DNA from: Nostoc sp.
GTDB lineage: Bacteria; Cyanobacteriota; Cyanobacteriia; Cyanobacteriales; Nostocaceae
Direction: 5' to 3'
DNA length: 64,000 nucleotides
Assembly: GCA_036918135.1 (NCBI GenBank)
Contig: JBALDB010000028.1
Location: 32,001-96,000, forward strand
In this document: one piece after another, positions 33,185-43,799 of the stretch
Position numbering within the stretch: position 1 is the stretch's first letter
How the letters are laid out: the number at the start of each line of letters is the position of its first letter
Position numbers and translations under genes: made by a program
Notes under the pieces: model-generated
Database searches by the model: none
What the model was told of the DNA's origin: nothing
What the model saw: only the letters and a program-made list of their open reading frames with translations

Positions 33185-36019
33185 GTGAAGCATCAGCAAA
33201 ACCGAAAATATCTAAAATTAGAAATAAAAAAAACTAGAAGGTTATTGATTTTTGGTTTAGAAATTTTAATTTTAAATTTATTTAATATTTTACCAGTAAA
33301 GGCGGCAACAGAAGAACCTGTATTGAGCGTAGTGTATAGCCAAGAAAATGCGAATCAATGGACAGGGATAACCGATCGCCTGCAAACAGCTGGGGTGAAA
33401 TATTGTGTAATTCCTCTAGATAATGTCAGAAATATGGCGGATTGGGGCGATCGCCGGATATTATTTTTGCCAAATCTAGAGACATTAAACCCAACTCAAG
33501 CGATCGCCCTAGAAGAATGGATGAGTAAGGGAGGGCGCTTAATTGCTACCGGCCCAATGGGTAGTTTGTCAGCACCAGGAGTGCGTCAGTTATTGCGATC
33601 GCTCTTGGGAGGTTACTGGGGATTTAGCCTCAGTGGTACAGAAGAAATCAAACCTGCAAAAACCAAAATTCCAGGCTGGGCAAATCAAGCTGAACTGTTT
33701 GGCAAAGTGCGTGGTGGTGTTGTAATTCCCAATGATATGGGCGCTCAATCTCCTGCCATTTGGAATTCCCAAGATAATCCTGCCGCAGTAGTTACAACTG
33801 AACGTTCCACATTTTTGGGCTGGCGCTGGGGAACAAATACAGCCTCAGCAGCAGAGTTAGATAGTGCTTGGTTAAAATCTAGTGTCAATTACTATTTGAT
33901 GGCATTAGCACCATCAAATCGCATGAAAAAAATAGAAGGAGCTTCTCAAAATTGCTCTACCACTGTGGCGACGGTAGGGGGACAGGGGGGCAGGAGGGCA
34001 GAGGGGCAGGGGAGCAGAGGAGCAGAGGAGCAGAGGAGCAGTTTATCTTCCTCATCTTCGTCATCTCCTTTATCTCCCCCATCTCCTCCTCCCCGCGTCT
34101 CCCCCATTCCTCCAAAAACTGCCACTGCTCCCCAACCGAGACCGCTTCCTGTGGTTAAACCGCCAACTTCCCAAGAGGCCATTGACCAATTAGAACAAGC
34201 AGTTCGTCTAGATGTTGTACCCAACTCCAATGAGCCGATTAATCAAAACGAAGCGATCGCTCTCCAGCAGGAGTTAGAAAATCTAATTGGTCGAGTAGAA
34301 AGCGCCAATTTAGCAGCAGTGTCAGCTAATGCTGCTAATCTTGGGGAATCTGGAAATTTAGGGAGCGTAGATATCCAGTCTGTCAAACAGGAAACACAAT
34401 TAGCCTCTACCAGACCAGGGGCATTAGTTAACAGCAAAGAGCAAGCCTTGGCACAGGCGAAAGTAATTGTTAAAAACTTACCTCAATTGATTGCCCAAAA
34501 AAACTACACTTTGGCTCGTCAGCAGTGGCTAGTTGCTAAGAAAATTTTGTGGCAGCAGTTTCCTGTAGATCGAAGGCTAGCTCAGCCAGAAATCCGGGCT
34601 ATTTGGTTAGACCGAGGGACGATTGTCCGAGCTGGTAGCAAGGCGGGACTAGCTCAGGTTTTTGACCGACTGGCAGCAACCGGGATTAATACTGTCTTTT
34701 TTGAAACTGTGAATGCTGGCTATACAATTTATCCAAGCCAAGTCGCCAAAGAACAAAACCCATTGATTCGCGGTTGGGATCCTTTAGCAGATGCAGTCAA
34801 ACTAGCCCATGAGCGGAATATGGAATTACACGCTTGGGTTTGGACTTTTGCTGCTGGTAACCAACGTCACAATGAGATTATCAACGTTAATCTTAATTAC
34901 CCAGGGCCAGTACTGGCAGCTCATCCCGATTGGGCAAACTACGATAACCTGGGCAACATGATTCCTATTGGTCAGACTAAGCCATTCTTAGATCCAGCTA
35001 ACCCAGAAGTGCGACAGTATTTGCTCAAACTCTACACAGAAATCGTCACTCGCTATGATGTGGATGGCCTACAGCTAGATTACATTCGTTATCCCTTCCA
35101 AGACCCACTTGCAGGTCGAACCTACGGTTATGGTAAAGCTGCAAGAGTGCAGTTTCAGCAACTAACTGGTGTAGATCCAGTAAATATTTCTCCCAGCCAG
35201 CCAGAACTGTGGCAAAAATGGACAACATTTCGTACCGAACAAGTTGATAGCTTTGTTGCCCAAGTATCACAGCAGTTGCGACAAAAGCGAGCAAATTTAA
35301 TTTTGTCGGTTGCAGTCTTTCCGCTACCGCAAATGGAGCGGATTCAGAAAATTCAACAAAACTGGGAAACTTGGGCAAGGCGAGGAGATGTAGATCTAAT
35401 CGTTCCCATGACTTATGCTCTGGATACATCGCGCTTTCAACGACTGGCTCAACCTTGGATTGCTTCTAGACAATTAGGAGCTACCTTATTAGTACCAGGA
35501 ATTCGCTTACTTTCTTTGCCAACAATTGGAGCATTCGACCAACTCCAATTAGTCAGAGATTTGCCGGTTAGCGGTTATGCACTCTTTGCTGCAGAAAATT
35601 TTAACAATGAGCTAGAAAAACTTTTTATTAGCACCCAAGGTAGAGTTCAATCTACAACAAATGAACCTATTCCTGAGCGCCAGCCTTTTCAAAGTGCTGC
35701 GATTCGTTATGCAGCGCTACAACGGGAATGGAAATTTGTATTGCAAAACGACCGACTGCCAATGCCTGCTCAAACAATTTCAGATTTTAACAACCAAGCA
35801 GAAGTTTTACGTATTGCTTTAAATCAGCTTGCCACTGCGCCTTCTGGTAGTAAACTACTAGTAGCGAAAGCCTCCCTGACTCGCTTTGAGTCTCAATTTC
35901 GAGTATTGATGAAGCAACAACTCAAGTCAAATTCTTATCAAGTCAAAGTTTGGGAAAATCGTCTTGCAACTATAGAAAGGCTATTGCGTTACGGCGAAAG
36001 GCGGATAGAGTTGCGTTAG
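33185..36019 (+). CDS. Family-10-like glycoside hydrolase (DUF187/GHL10) protein
   Basis: EIRAIWLDR, ELHAWVW and DGLQLDYIRYP motifs; N-terminal signal-like region. Confidence 0.85.
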   Translation: MKHQQNRKYLKLEIKKTRRLLIFGLEILILNLFNILPVKAATEEPVLSVVYSQENANQWTGITDRLQTAGVKYCVIPLDNVRNMADWGDRRILFLPNLETLNPTQAIALEEWMSKGGRLIATGPMGSLSAPGVRQLLRSLLGGYWGFSLSGTEEIKPAKTKIPGWANQAELFGKVRGGVVIPNDMGAQSPAIWNSQDNPAAVVTTERSTFLGWRWGTNTASAAELDSAWLKSSVNYYLMALAPSNRMKKIEGASQNCSTTVATVGGQGGRRAEGQGSRGAEEQRSSLSSSSSSSPLSPPSPPPRVSPIPPKTATAPQPRPLPVVKPPTSQEAIDQLEQAVRLDVVPNSNEPINQNEAIALQQELENLIGRVESANLAAVSANAANLGESGNLGSVDIQSVKQETQLASTRPGALVNSKEQALAQAKVIVKNLPQLIAQKNYTLARQQWLVAKKILWQQFPVDRRLAQPEIRAIWLDRGTIVRAGSKAGLAQVFDRLAATGINTVFFETVNAGYTIYPSQVAKEQNPLIRGWDPLADAVKLAHERNMELHAWVWTFAAGNQRHNEIINVNLNYPGPVLAAHPDWANYDNLGNMIPIGQTKPFLDPANPEVRQYLLKLYTEIVTRYDVDGLQLDYIRYPFQDPLAGRTYGYGKAARVQFQQLTGVDPVNISPSQPELWQKWTTFRTEQVDSFVAQVSQQLRQKRANLILSVAVFPLPQMERIQKIQQNWETWARRGDVDLIVPMTYALDTSRFQRLAQPWIASRQLGATLLVPGIRLLSLPTIGAFDQLQLVRDLPVSGYALFAAENFNNELEKLFISTQGRVQSTTNEPIPERQPFQSAAIRYAALQREWKFVLQNDRLPMPAQTISDFNNQAEVLRIALNQLATAPSGSKLLVAKASLTRFESQFRVLMKQQLKSNSYQVKVWENRLATIERLLRYGERRIELR

Positions 36020-36505
36020 TAGCAATGAGGAAAGTCAAGAGTGGGGGAGAAGAGTTTTCCCCTCTTTACCCTTCTCCCTACCCCCAGAGCCGATGAATTC
36101 CATGCTCAATTTCCAACTAAGTAGAAACTACTTAGTATTTCTTCACTACTTTTCCAGTGTTTATACTTCAAAAATTACTAATTGTTTAACGTCAAAATAT
36201 TAGAAAATACTAAGTGAGTGGCTTTAGATAACTATCGTTTGATAATAGCTATAGTAATAATCTATGCAAGCTTTATCTCAGTTTCTCTGGCTAGAAAGCT
36301 TAGAGTCAATAATTGACTGTTTGCCGCTAACGGTTATCAGATGCGATCGCTCTGATGGCAACGCAGAGCAAAAGTGTCTTAGTAGGCTCTTGTTCGCAGT
36401 TAGTGGAGTACTTTACAAAGCACGGTATTGTACAGCTTATAGCTTCGTTTACGAAATTTTCTGTGACTATATCATTAAATAATCAAATATAAATAGAGGT
36501 TAATT

Positions 36506-37717
36506 ATGCCGAAAATTTTAATAATTGAAGATGAAGAATCAGTTCGGGAAAATATTTTAGATTTACTAGAAGCTGAAGATTTTGAAACTCTTGGTGCTGC
36601 TAACGGCAAAATCGGGGTACATTTAGCTATTTCTGAAGTTCCCGATTTAATTTTATGTGACATGATAATGCCAGAACTTGACGGTTATGGCGTGCTAACA
36701 GTATTACGCCAAGACCCGATGACAGCAACAATTCCCTTCATTTTTCTCACTGCAAAATCTGCCAAATCTGACTTTCGTCAAGGTATGGATCTGGGTGCAG
36801 ACGACTATATAACTAAGCCATTCACGCGGGCTGAGTTATTAAGTGCTATCATGAACAGGTTGGAAAAGCACGCTACTTTAAAAAGATATTTTTCTCCGCA
36901 AACTGCAATCTACAACTTGTCTCCGAGAATGCAGTTATTACAAATTAGCTTACATCGGACAATTAAACAAAAAAAATTTCAAGAGTTTGAGATTTTTTAT
37001 CAACCAATAGTGGATATTGTTTCTGGAAAAATAGTAGCTGCTGAAAGTTTGTTGCGCTGGCAAAGTCCAGAATTAGGAATAATTTATCCTACAGAATTTA
37101 TTCCCTTAGCTGAGTCTACAGGTTTAATTATTCAGATTAGCAAATGGGTATTAAAAAAAGTCTGCGAACAAATTAAAAGCTGGCATCATCTCGGAATTTA
37201 CTCATTAAATATTGCTGTAAATTTATCAGTTATTGAATTTAATCAACAAGATTTTATTCAAGAAATAATTAATTTTATAGAAACTAATGATTTGCGAGCA
37301 GAGTGTCTAGAATTAGAAATCACAGAAAGTATGATTCTGCAAGATGTAAATAGTGCAGTTGCTACTATGAATAAATTACGAACTTTGGGTGTGAAAATGG
37401 CGATCGATGATTTTGGCACAGGTTATTCTTCTTTGACTTATCTGAAAAGTTTACCAATTAATACTTTAAAAATCGACCGTTATTTTATCCATAATGTTGC
37501 CACCGACCCACAAAAATCAGCGATTACCAAGGCATTAATTCAAATGGCTCATAATCTCAACCTAAATGTAGTTGCTGAAGGTGTAGAGACCGAGGCCGAA
37601 CTAGCTTTTTTGCGCCAACACAACTGTAATTTCATGCAAGGTTTTCTATTTAGTCGTCCGTTACCAGCAGCCGAATTTAAAAATTTTTTGTTGACAAATA
37701 AATGTTTATATGTATAA
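36506..37717 (+). CDS. Response regulator receiver-EAL c-di-GMP phosphodiesterase
   Basis: REC domain (LIIEDE, CDMIMP, KPF) plus an EAL domain (ESL variant, [17 protein letters not shown]). Confidence 0.9.
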   Translation: MPKILIIEDEESVRENILDLLEAEDFETLGAANGKIGVHLAISEVPDLILCDMIMPELDGYGVLTVLRQDPMTATIPFIFLTAKSAKSDFRQGMDLGADDYITKPFTRAELLSAIMNRLEKHATLKRYFSPQTAIYNLSPRMQLLQISLHRTIKQKKFQEFEIFYQPIVDIVSGKIVAAESLLRWQSPELGIIYPTEFIPLAESTGLIIQISKWVLKKVCEQIKSWHHLGIYSLNIAVNLSVIEFNQQDFIQEIINFIETNDLRAECLELEITESMILQDVNSAVATMNKLRTLGVKMAIDDFGTGYSSLTYLKSLPINTLKIDRYFIHNVATDPQKSAITKALIQMAHNLNLNVVAEGVETEAELAFLRQHNCNFMQGFLFSRPLPAAEFKNFLLTNKCLYV

Positions 37718-37857
37718 AAAGTGGAGTTGGGGAGTTAGTGAAAGTATGCCTAAATATTTATTTTTTACTTCCTAGTCCCTAATCTTTCCAATAAAAATCG
37801 GACTTTAGACTGGCGACAATTATTGAGTCGCAAGTCTAAATTAGAAAATTATGTCTA

Positions 37858-39210
37858 GTGTTTACTGCCATGAAAGCTCTTGCGCGTTTCTTGCTGCCAG
37901 TTTTTTTACTCACCTTAGTAGCATGTAACCGGACTCGCGCTGACTCAGATAATCCCCCACTGCAAACATCTGTACCTAATGCCGAACTAGCACAAAATAC
38001 TACACAGGCGAAAAATACTATTCGGACTGAAGTATTTTCACCTAAACCTATCCGAATTAATCTCAAGAACTTACCAGCACCTTTCGCAACAGAAAGTGCC
38101 TCCAAGCGACCTGAGGTTGTGCAAATTCCGCAAGACCCAGTGCTACGCGTACCACCAGGGTTTACAGTTAACGTTTTTGCCGAAGGTCTAGATGCTCCAC
38201 GGTGGCTAGCTTTAACCCCCAGTGGTGATGTACTCGTGACTGAAACCGGGCAAAATCGCATTCGTTTGTTGCGTGACAGCAACGGCGACGGTGTAGCCGA
38301 TGTTAAAGAAACCTTTGCTAGTAGGGACAACGGACTCAATCGACCCTTTGGTATGGCTTTTGCAGGTGATTCCTTTTTTCTTGGGAACACAGATGCTGTG
38401 TTACGTTTTCCCTATACTCCAAATCAAAACCGGATTACAGGCAAGGGACAAAAAATTGCTGACTTACCTGCTCAAGGTTATAACAATCATTGGACGCGTA
38501 ATGTTGTTGTCTCGCCTGATGGAAATAAATTATATGTTTCAGTTGGTTCGGGAACCAACGTGGGTGAAGAACCCTCACCACGGGCTTCGGTGCAGGTAAT
38601 GAATTTGGATGGTTCCCAGCAACAGACCTTTGCTTCTGGTTTGCGTAATCCTGTTGGTTTGGACTTTCATCCTGTGACTAAGGAACTTTACACTACTGTC
38701 AACGAACGGGATGGAATCGGTGATGATTTGGTGCCAGATTATTTTACACGCATTCGACAGGGAGAATTCTATGGCTGGCCTTATGCTTATCTGACGCCAA
38801 AAAACCTCGATCCGCGTCAAAAAAACAAAGACCAAAGCAAACGCCCCGACTTAGCAGCCCGTACTAAAACGCCTGATGTGCTTTTTCAAGCCCACTCGGC
38901 AGCATTAGGTTTGCAGTTTTATGATGGTAAAACATTTCCCCAAAAATATCGTAACGGTGCTTTTGCTGCTTTTCGTGGTTCTTGGAACCGCGATCGCGGT
39001 ACTGGTTACAAAATTGCGTTTGTTCCTTTCGATGCAAAAGGACGACCCCAAGGCTACTATGAAGATTTTCTGACCGGATTTTTGCTCAATCCTTCTGTAC
39101 CAACTACTTGGGGACGACCCGTGGGTTTACTTGTGTTGCCAGACGGCAGTCTATTAGTCACAGAAGAAGCCAATAACCGGATCTATAGGATTCAGTATAC
39201 AGGAGGGTGA
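37858..39210 (+). CDS. Sorbosone/PQQ-dependent sugar dehydrogenase family lipoprotein
   Basis: Lipobox LVAC; GLRNPVG, NERD and GSWNR motifs. Confidence 0.85.
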   Translation: MFTAMKALARFLLPVFLLTLVACNRTRADSDNPPLQTSVPNAELAQNTTQAKNTIRTEVFSPKPIRINLKNLPAPFATESASKRPEVVQIPQDPVLRVPPGFTVNVFAEGLDAPRWLALTPSGDVLVTETGQNRIRLLRDSNGDGVADVKETFASRDNGLNRPFGMAFAGDSFFLGNTDAVLRFPYTPNQNRITGKGQKIADLPAQGYNNHWTRNVVVSPDGNKLYVSVGSGTNVGEEPSPRASVQVMNLDGSQQQTFASGLRNPVGLDFHPVTKELYTTVNERDGIGDDLVPDYFTRIRQGEFYGWPYAYLTPKNLDPRQKNKDQSKRPDLAARTKTPDVLFQAHSAALGLQFYDGKTFPQKYRNGAFAAFRGSWNRDRGTGYKIAFVPFDAKGRPQGYYEDFLTGFLLNPSVPTTWGRPVGLLVLPDGSLLVTEEANNRIYRIQYTGG

Positions 39211-39376
39211 ACAATTCCAAATTCCAAAATTAAGTCGGCAAATGAACTATCTGGGGTAAATTTACTAGCAGTTGTAAATCAACAGAAATATGGTGACCAT
39301 CTGCCTACCTACGTTCATATTCTTTAATGGTAGATTTTTGAAAAATATTAATAATCATTGAGTTGAGAAATTAGTT

Positions 39377-39784
39377 ATGGCTTTGAATGAAAATAATACT
39401 CAGTCAAATATTAATGAAGGATCTTCACATTCAGGTACGCGATACTGGGGTAACGTGGAGGTGATTGAGGAAGGAAAAACCTATAGAATTAGTCGCATTG
39501 AAATTAAGCCCAGGCACGGCATTAAACCACAAATTCATTATCATCGCAATGAACACTGGGTTGTAGTTTCAGGTGTAGCAAAAGTAACTTGTGGAGACCA
39601 GGAAATACTACTAAATCGCAACCAGTCAACTTATGTTCCCGCAGCAACATTGCATAAGGTAGAAAACCCAGGTCATATTCCGCTAGTGATTTTGGAAATT
39701 CAAAATGGTGAATATTTGGGTGAGGACGACACAGAACGCCCCTATGACCTAAATTTGATTAAGTCTGTAAGTGATACTGAGTAA
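39377..39784 (+). CDS. Mannose-6-phosphate isomerase type II C-terminal cupin protein
   Basis: HYHRNEHWVVVSG and EIQNGEYLGEDD motifs. Confidence 0.88.
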   Translation: MALNENNTQSNINEGSSHSGTRYWGNVEVIEEGKTYRISRIEIKPRHGIKPQIHYHRNEHWVVVSGVAKVTCGDQEILLNRNQSTYVPAATLHKVENPGHIPLVILEIQNGEYLGEDDTERPYDLNLIKSVSDTE

Positions 39785-39928
39785 AATATGAGGCAGATGT
39801 GGTTCGACTCTACGGTAGTTGAGCGAAGTCGAAACTCACCAACCGGGAGATGAACTGCCCCTCTGCTCCCCTGCCTCTGTGCCACCCTGACCACCCCTGC
39901 GACACTCGTTGCTTGGCTTATACCCAAA

Positions 39929-40678
39929 TCAAAACCACCCTTCTTGTTCGAGAGTTTCAATCAACTGCAAGCCACGGGGATCGCCTACTCCTAAGAGTGA
40001 GGCTTTAGCGTCTTCCCGTACTCCCAAATCTTCGTCTTCGGCAAAGGCTTGAATTAGAGCATCGATCGCTGTAGCATAAACTACGTTAGAAGGCAGTTCG
40101 CGGCACAGTTGACCAATTGCCCAAGCGCAGTTGCTCCGTACTGCTGCGACTGGATCTTGGACTAAGGCTTCTATTAATGGCGGTATTGCCCCGATAATTG
40201 CTTCATAACTCACTTCTGCCATTTGTGCTAGGGCACTAGCAGCCCACAAACGCACTGCGGAAATGTCAGTTCTTAAGGCATCTGCCAGGGGTGCTAAAGA
40301 ACGGCGATCGCGACAGTTTCCTAAAGCCCAAACAATGCCTTTACGTACATAGCCATTCCAATCCCGATTCAATTGAGCGATTAACGGACTTACCGCCTCA
40401 GAACTGGGATTGCGTCCGATGCCATAAGCTGCACTCACCCGAATTAACGGACAGGTATCAGTTAACAAGCGAATCAGATGGGGAGTAGCGCGAGCATCTT
40501 CAAGATCGCAAAAAGCACGCGCCGCTAACATTCGTTGCTGAGGCTGGGGATTGTTTAGCAGGGCTAACATTACTTCTGGATCGGGCTTGGCTGAGGAAGC
40601 AGTTAGCGGCTCTATCTTATCTAAGGGGCTTTCTAGCTCCTGTGTATCAAGTAGGCTTAGATCGTCTTCGTCATACAT
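39929..40678 (-). CDS. HEAT/PBS-lyase-like repeat protein
   Basis: Repeated VR..A..ALG motifs. Confidence 0.85.
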   Translation of the reverse strand: MYDEDDLSLLDTQELESPLDKIEPLTASSAKPDPEVMLALLNNPQPQQRMLAARAFCDLEDARATPHLIRLLTDTCPLIRVSAAYGIGRNPSSEAVSPLIAQLNRDWNGYVRKGIVWALGNCRDRRSLAPLADALRTDISAVRLWAASALAQMAEVSYEAIIGAIPPLIEALVQDPVAAVRSNCAWAIGQLCRELPSNVVYATAIDALIQAFAEDEDLGVREDAKASLLGVGDPRGLQLIETLEQEGWF

Positions 40679-40850
40679 AATTTGATTTCAATCCCTTTTG
40701 GGGATTAAGACATAATCCCCCGCGCCAATCAGTTAAAGCCTTATATATATCAGTTGCATTATTGTACATCCCTTGTCCGTCGTTGACTTAGATCCAAACG
40801 AGAACCGCCATCACAAAAGACGCTAAAGTATTTTATCGCTATTCTCTAAT

Positions 40851-41420
40851 TTATTTTTCTGCACTCAGGAATTTTACCATCCACAGCGATTGGGTTTGAT
40901 AACCTAACCGATCGTAAAGATTTAATGCAGGTTTATTTGATTGAAAAACTTGTAAGCCGATTTGGCGATCGCCTCTTTGAATAGCCCAATTTTCCACATA
41001 TTGCATCAAGGCTGTACCAATACCTCGCCGCCGATGTTCTGGTGCAACATAAAGGATAAAGATATGAGCATGACGGTTACCCTGGACTTGATCTATGGCA
41101 TTGCCCACCCAGACGCAGGCGATGGGGTTAGAAGACGTGGGGACAAGGGGACGCAAAGAGAAGTCTGAGCGGCGGCTTTTGCCGATCGGAACTTCGGGGG
41201 ATACGGAGAGTAATTTCCCTGCGTCCCCCTTTGCATCTTCTTCAACCCACCACAAGGGGGTGTCAGTGGAGAAGTATTGCTTAACTGTTTGTTCTAAGTG
41301 GGAAAAATCCTGATTAGGAAAAATATCTTGGTAAGTCCGCTGCATAAATTTCAGCAGCAGCGCCCGATCCAAAGTTGAGCCACGGTGAATAAAATACCCA
41401 GGTAGTAATTGCTCAGACAC
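40851..41420 (-). CDS. GNAT N-acetyltransferase with a repeat-derived insertion
   Basis: YVAPEHRRRGIGTALM and N.PALNLY.RLGY motifs. Confidence 0.88.
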   Translation of the reverse strand: MSEQLLPGYFIHRGSTLDRALLLKFMQRTYQDIFPNQDFSHLEQTVKQYFSTDTPLWWVEEDAKGDAGKLLSVSPEVPIGKSRRSDFSLRPLVPTSSNPIACVWVGNAIDQVQGNRHAHIFILYVAPEHRRRGIGTALMQYVENWAIQRGDRQIGLQVFQSNKPALNLYDRLGYQTQSLWMVKFLSAEK

Positions 41421-41437
41421 TTGTGACGTTGATTGAC

Positions 41438-41629
41438 TTAGTTGGGTGAGTTTTGTACTGCTGGCGGTATATCACCGACAGTAGGTTGAGAATTTATGCC
41501 CACCTCTTCAATTGGTGCTGGTGCTGCCATATCGGAGGGTAAAAAGATCCGAGCGCTGACTGCTACTAAAGCAAAGACGAATACCAAAACTACAAGCAGT
41601 GGGGCAATGTATTGACGGAAAATAGCCAT
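41438..41629 (-). CDS. Small single-TM hypothetical protein
   Basis: 63 aa with one hydrophobic helix; co-oriented with and 17 bp from the GNAT gene. Confidence 0.65.
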   Translation of the reverse strand: MAIFRQYIAPLLVVLVFVFALVAVSARIFLPSDMAAPAPIEEVGINSQPTVGDIPPAVQNSPN

Positions 41630-41962
41630 ATTTTAATTGCAAATAAGTAGGTCGGTGTGAATATTTATCGTTGGGATCAGGCACGAGGGAAGAGGGTTTA
41701 AGTCTATTTAATTTTTCTTAACATAGTTTTGTTTTTCCAGACTATTCTACTTAGTTAACAGCTTTTATGAGAACCTAGCTGAAGATTTGTAAAGTATTCT
41801 TGGTTTATTTTAGCGATTTTCTAGATATGGGGAATGGAACATTGGGAATGTTGAGTGTTGAGTTAGGAATTATTTTCTTTGTCCGCATCTCCCCGTCCCC
41901 CATCTCCCCTCTGCTTTTCTACTTTTCTGCTTCCCTGCTCCCCATCTTTCCAGTCTCCACTA

Positions 41963-42370
41963 CTATTGCCCGCGCTCTAGGTCATCAAGCACTCTCTCGC
42001 AATACCAATTTTCCGGCATCCCTGGATAAGTCTGTTTTGCCTGTTCAATTAACCTTTCAGCAGCAGCGGTATCACCAGATAACCTCGCAATTAACCTGTT
42101 TTTGAGATAGCTATCAGATACATCCTCTTGTGGTTGGTTTGGTATTGTGCGATTGGGTGATGATGATGGGCGAGACTGCTCTCTCCGCAATTGCCAAAAT
42201 AAAACGTAATAGAGTGTGCCAAAAATTAAAATTAGGCTGAGTGTTCCGAAAAAAGTTAGGAGGTTAAATGCTAGAAATCCTAGAACTAACTGCGAGAGAA
42301 CATATCCAAGTAATAAACCAGTGAGTAAGAGGATGAATGTGCCGACAGCAATAACTACTTGATTCCCCAT
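41963..42370 (-). CDS. Hypothetical membrane protein, overlapping the ampG 3' end
   Basis: Two TM helices plus the C-terminal AAERLIEQAK..YPG..E.WY.E.V..DL motif. Confidence 0.7.
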   Translation of the reverse strand: MGNQVVIAVGTFILLLTGLLLGYVLSQLVLGFLAFNLLTFFGTLSLILIFGTLYYVLFWQLRREQSRPSSSPNRTIPNQPQEDVSDSYLKNRLIARLSGDTAAAERLIEQAKQTYPGMPENWYCERVLDDLERGQ

Positions 42371-43656
42371 ATATCCTCGTCTTCATTCTCTAATCCTGGT
42401 CTGGATAATACTACCACTGGCTTTGGATTCCAAGGTGCAAAGAATGGCAATAATAATAATCCCGGTAAAGCAGCTATTGCTGTCAGTAGAAAGAATGTAG
42501 ACCAGCCGGTGGTTTGTGCCCATGTACCTGCTGGAGCCGTGAGAATATCTCTACTAAAAGCCTGCAAACTGGAAAGTAAGGCGTACTGTGTAGCTGAAAA
42601 GCTTTGGTTACAAAGACTCATCAAAAATGCTACAAAAGCAGCAGTTTCTAAACCCGCACAGAATTGTTCTATATTGACGGCAGCTAACATTAGATAAAAG
42701 TTTTTACCTACTACTGCTAACGCAAAGAAAGCCAAGTTACCGAGAGCTTGCATGATGGCGAATATCCAGAGCGATCGATTAACACCAATTTTGGTCATGA
42801 CAGCTCCTGCTGCCAAAGTGCCAACAATAGTGGCGAAAATTCCCAATGCACCAGGAAATGCAATATCGGTTTGAGTGAAATGTAAGCCTTTATCTAACAA
42901 AAATGGGGTGGATACATTCTTCAGTAAAGAATCCCCCAACTTGTAGATTACAATGAATATCAGGATTAAAAGTCCTTGTAGCCAGCCATGACGCTGAAAA
43001 AATTCAATAAAGGGTAATTTGACTGCGGCAGATAAAGTCTGAGGCGGGCGATCGCGTAGGACTGGTTCTGGTGCAAAAATAGAAGTTACCAGTCCTACGA
43101 GCATCAGCAGCGACATCAACAAGTAAACAGCTTGCCAAGGCATTCTGTCTGCCAAAAATAGGGTGACATAACCAGTTACGAGAATGGCAATGCGATAACC
43201 TAATAAATAAATAGACGCTCCAGCACCTCTTTCTTCTACTTCCACTACATCAGTGCGATAAGCATCAACTAAAATGTCTTGGCTAGCGCTTAAAAAGGCA
43301 ACGGCCACAGCAGCAATTATTAAAAGTTGTAGCCCTTGGGATGGGTGTTGTAGAGCCATGACAGCTATACTTGACAGTAATCCTACCTGTGTAATTACCA
43401 GCCAACCTCGTCGCCGCCCCAAAAAAGGCGGTACAAATCTATCTAGTAAAGGCGACCAGAGAAATTTTAAAGAATAGGGCAGCTTGACTAAACTAAAAGC
43501 GGCGATCGCTGCCAAACTGATTCCTTCTTTGGTCAACCATGCTTGTAATGTTTGACTGGTTAAATATAATGGCAACCCTGATGAAAAGCCAAGAAATAAC
43601 AAAGCTCCCATCTTCGGGCTGCTAAAAATTTGTAGCAGCGATTTATTTACTTGCAC
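42355..43656 (-). CDS. ampG: AmpG muropeptide MFS transporter
   Basis: LGFSSGLP, LKFLWSPLLDR..P..LGRRRGW, SASQDI..DAYR and ATQYALLSS motifs. Confidence 0.93.
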   Translation of the reverse strand: MQVNKSLLQIFSSPKMGALLFLGFSSGLPLYLTSQTLQAWLTKEGISLAAIAAFSLVKLPYSLKFLWSPLLDRFVPPFLGRRRGWLVITQVGLLSSIAVMALQHPSQGLQLLIIAAVAVAFLSASQDILVDAYRTDVVEVEERGAGASIYLLGYRIAILVTGYVTLFLADRMPWQAVYLLMSLLMLVGLVTSIFAPEPVLRDRPPQTLSAAVKLPFIEFFQRHGWLQGLLILIFIVIYKLGDSLLKNVSTPFLLDKGLHFTQTDIAFPGALGIFATIVGTLAAGAVMTKIGVNRSLWIFAIMQALGNLAFFALAVVGKNFYLMLAAVNIEQFCAGLETAAFVAFLMSLCNQSFSATQYALLSSLQAFSRDILTAPAGTWAQTTGWSTFFLLTAIAALPGLLLLPFFAPWNPKPVVVLSRPGLENEDEDIWGIK

Positions 43657-43799
43657 AATCTTGAAGATTCCTTTTTATTTAATTGAATTGCAGTTATCTT
43701 GCCATAACTACTGTCTAATTTCGTGTAAGCGCACAAACCTGCTAAGATTTACTTTATTTAAGATACATATCAGCAATACTCTAACAGTGTGATTATTCC

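Noticed and set aside
37836..38390. Long antisense ORFs (also 7547-8014, 13496-13915, 30075-30500, 48997-49371)
   Set aside because: They lie opposite well-supported genes and reflect codon-pattern shadows.
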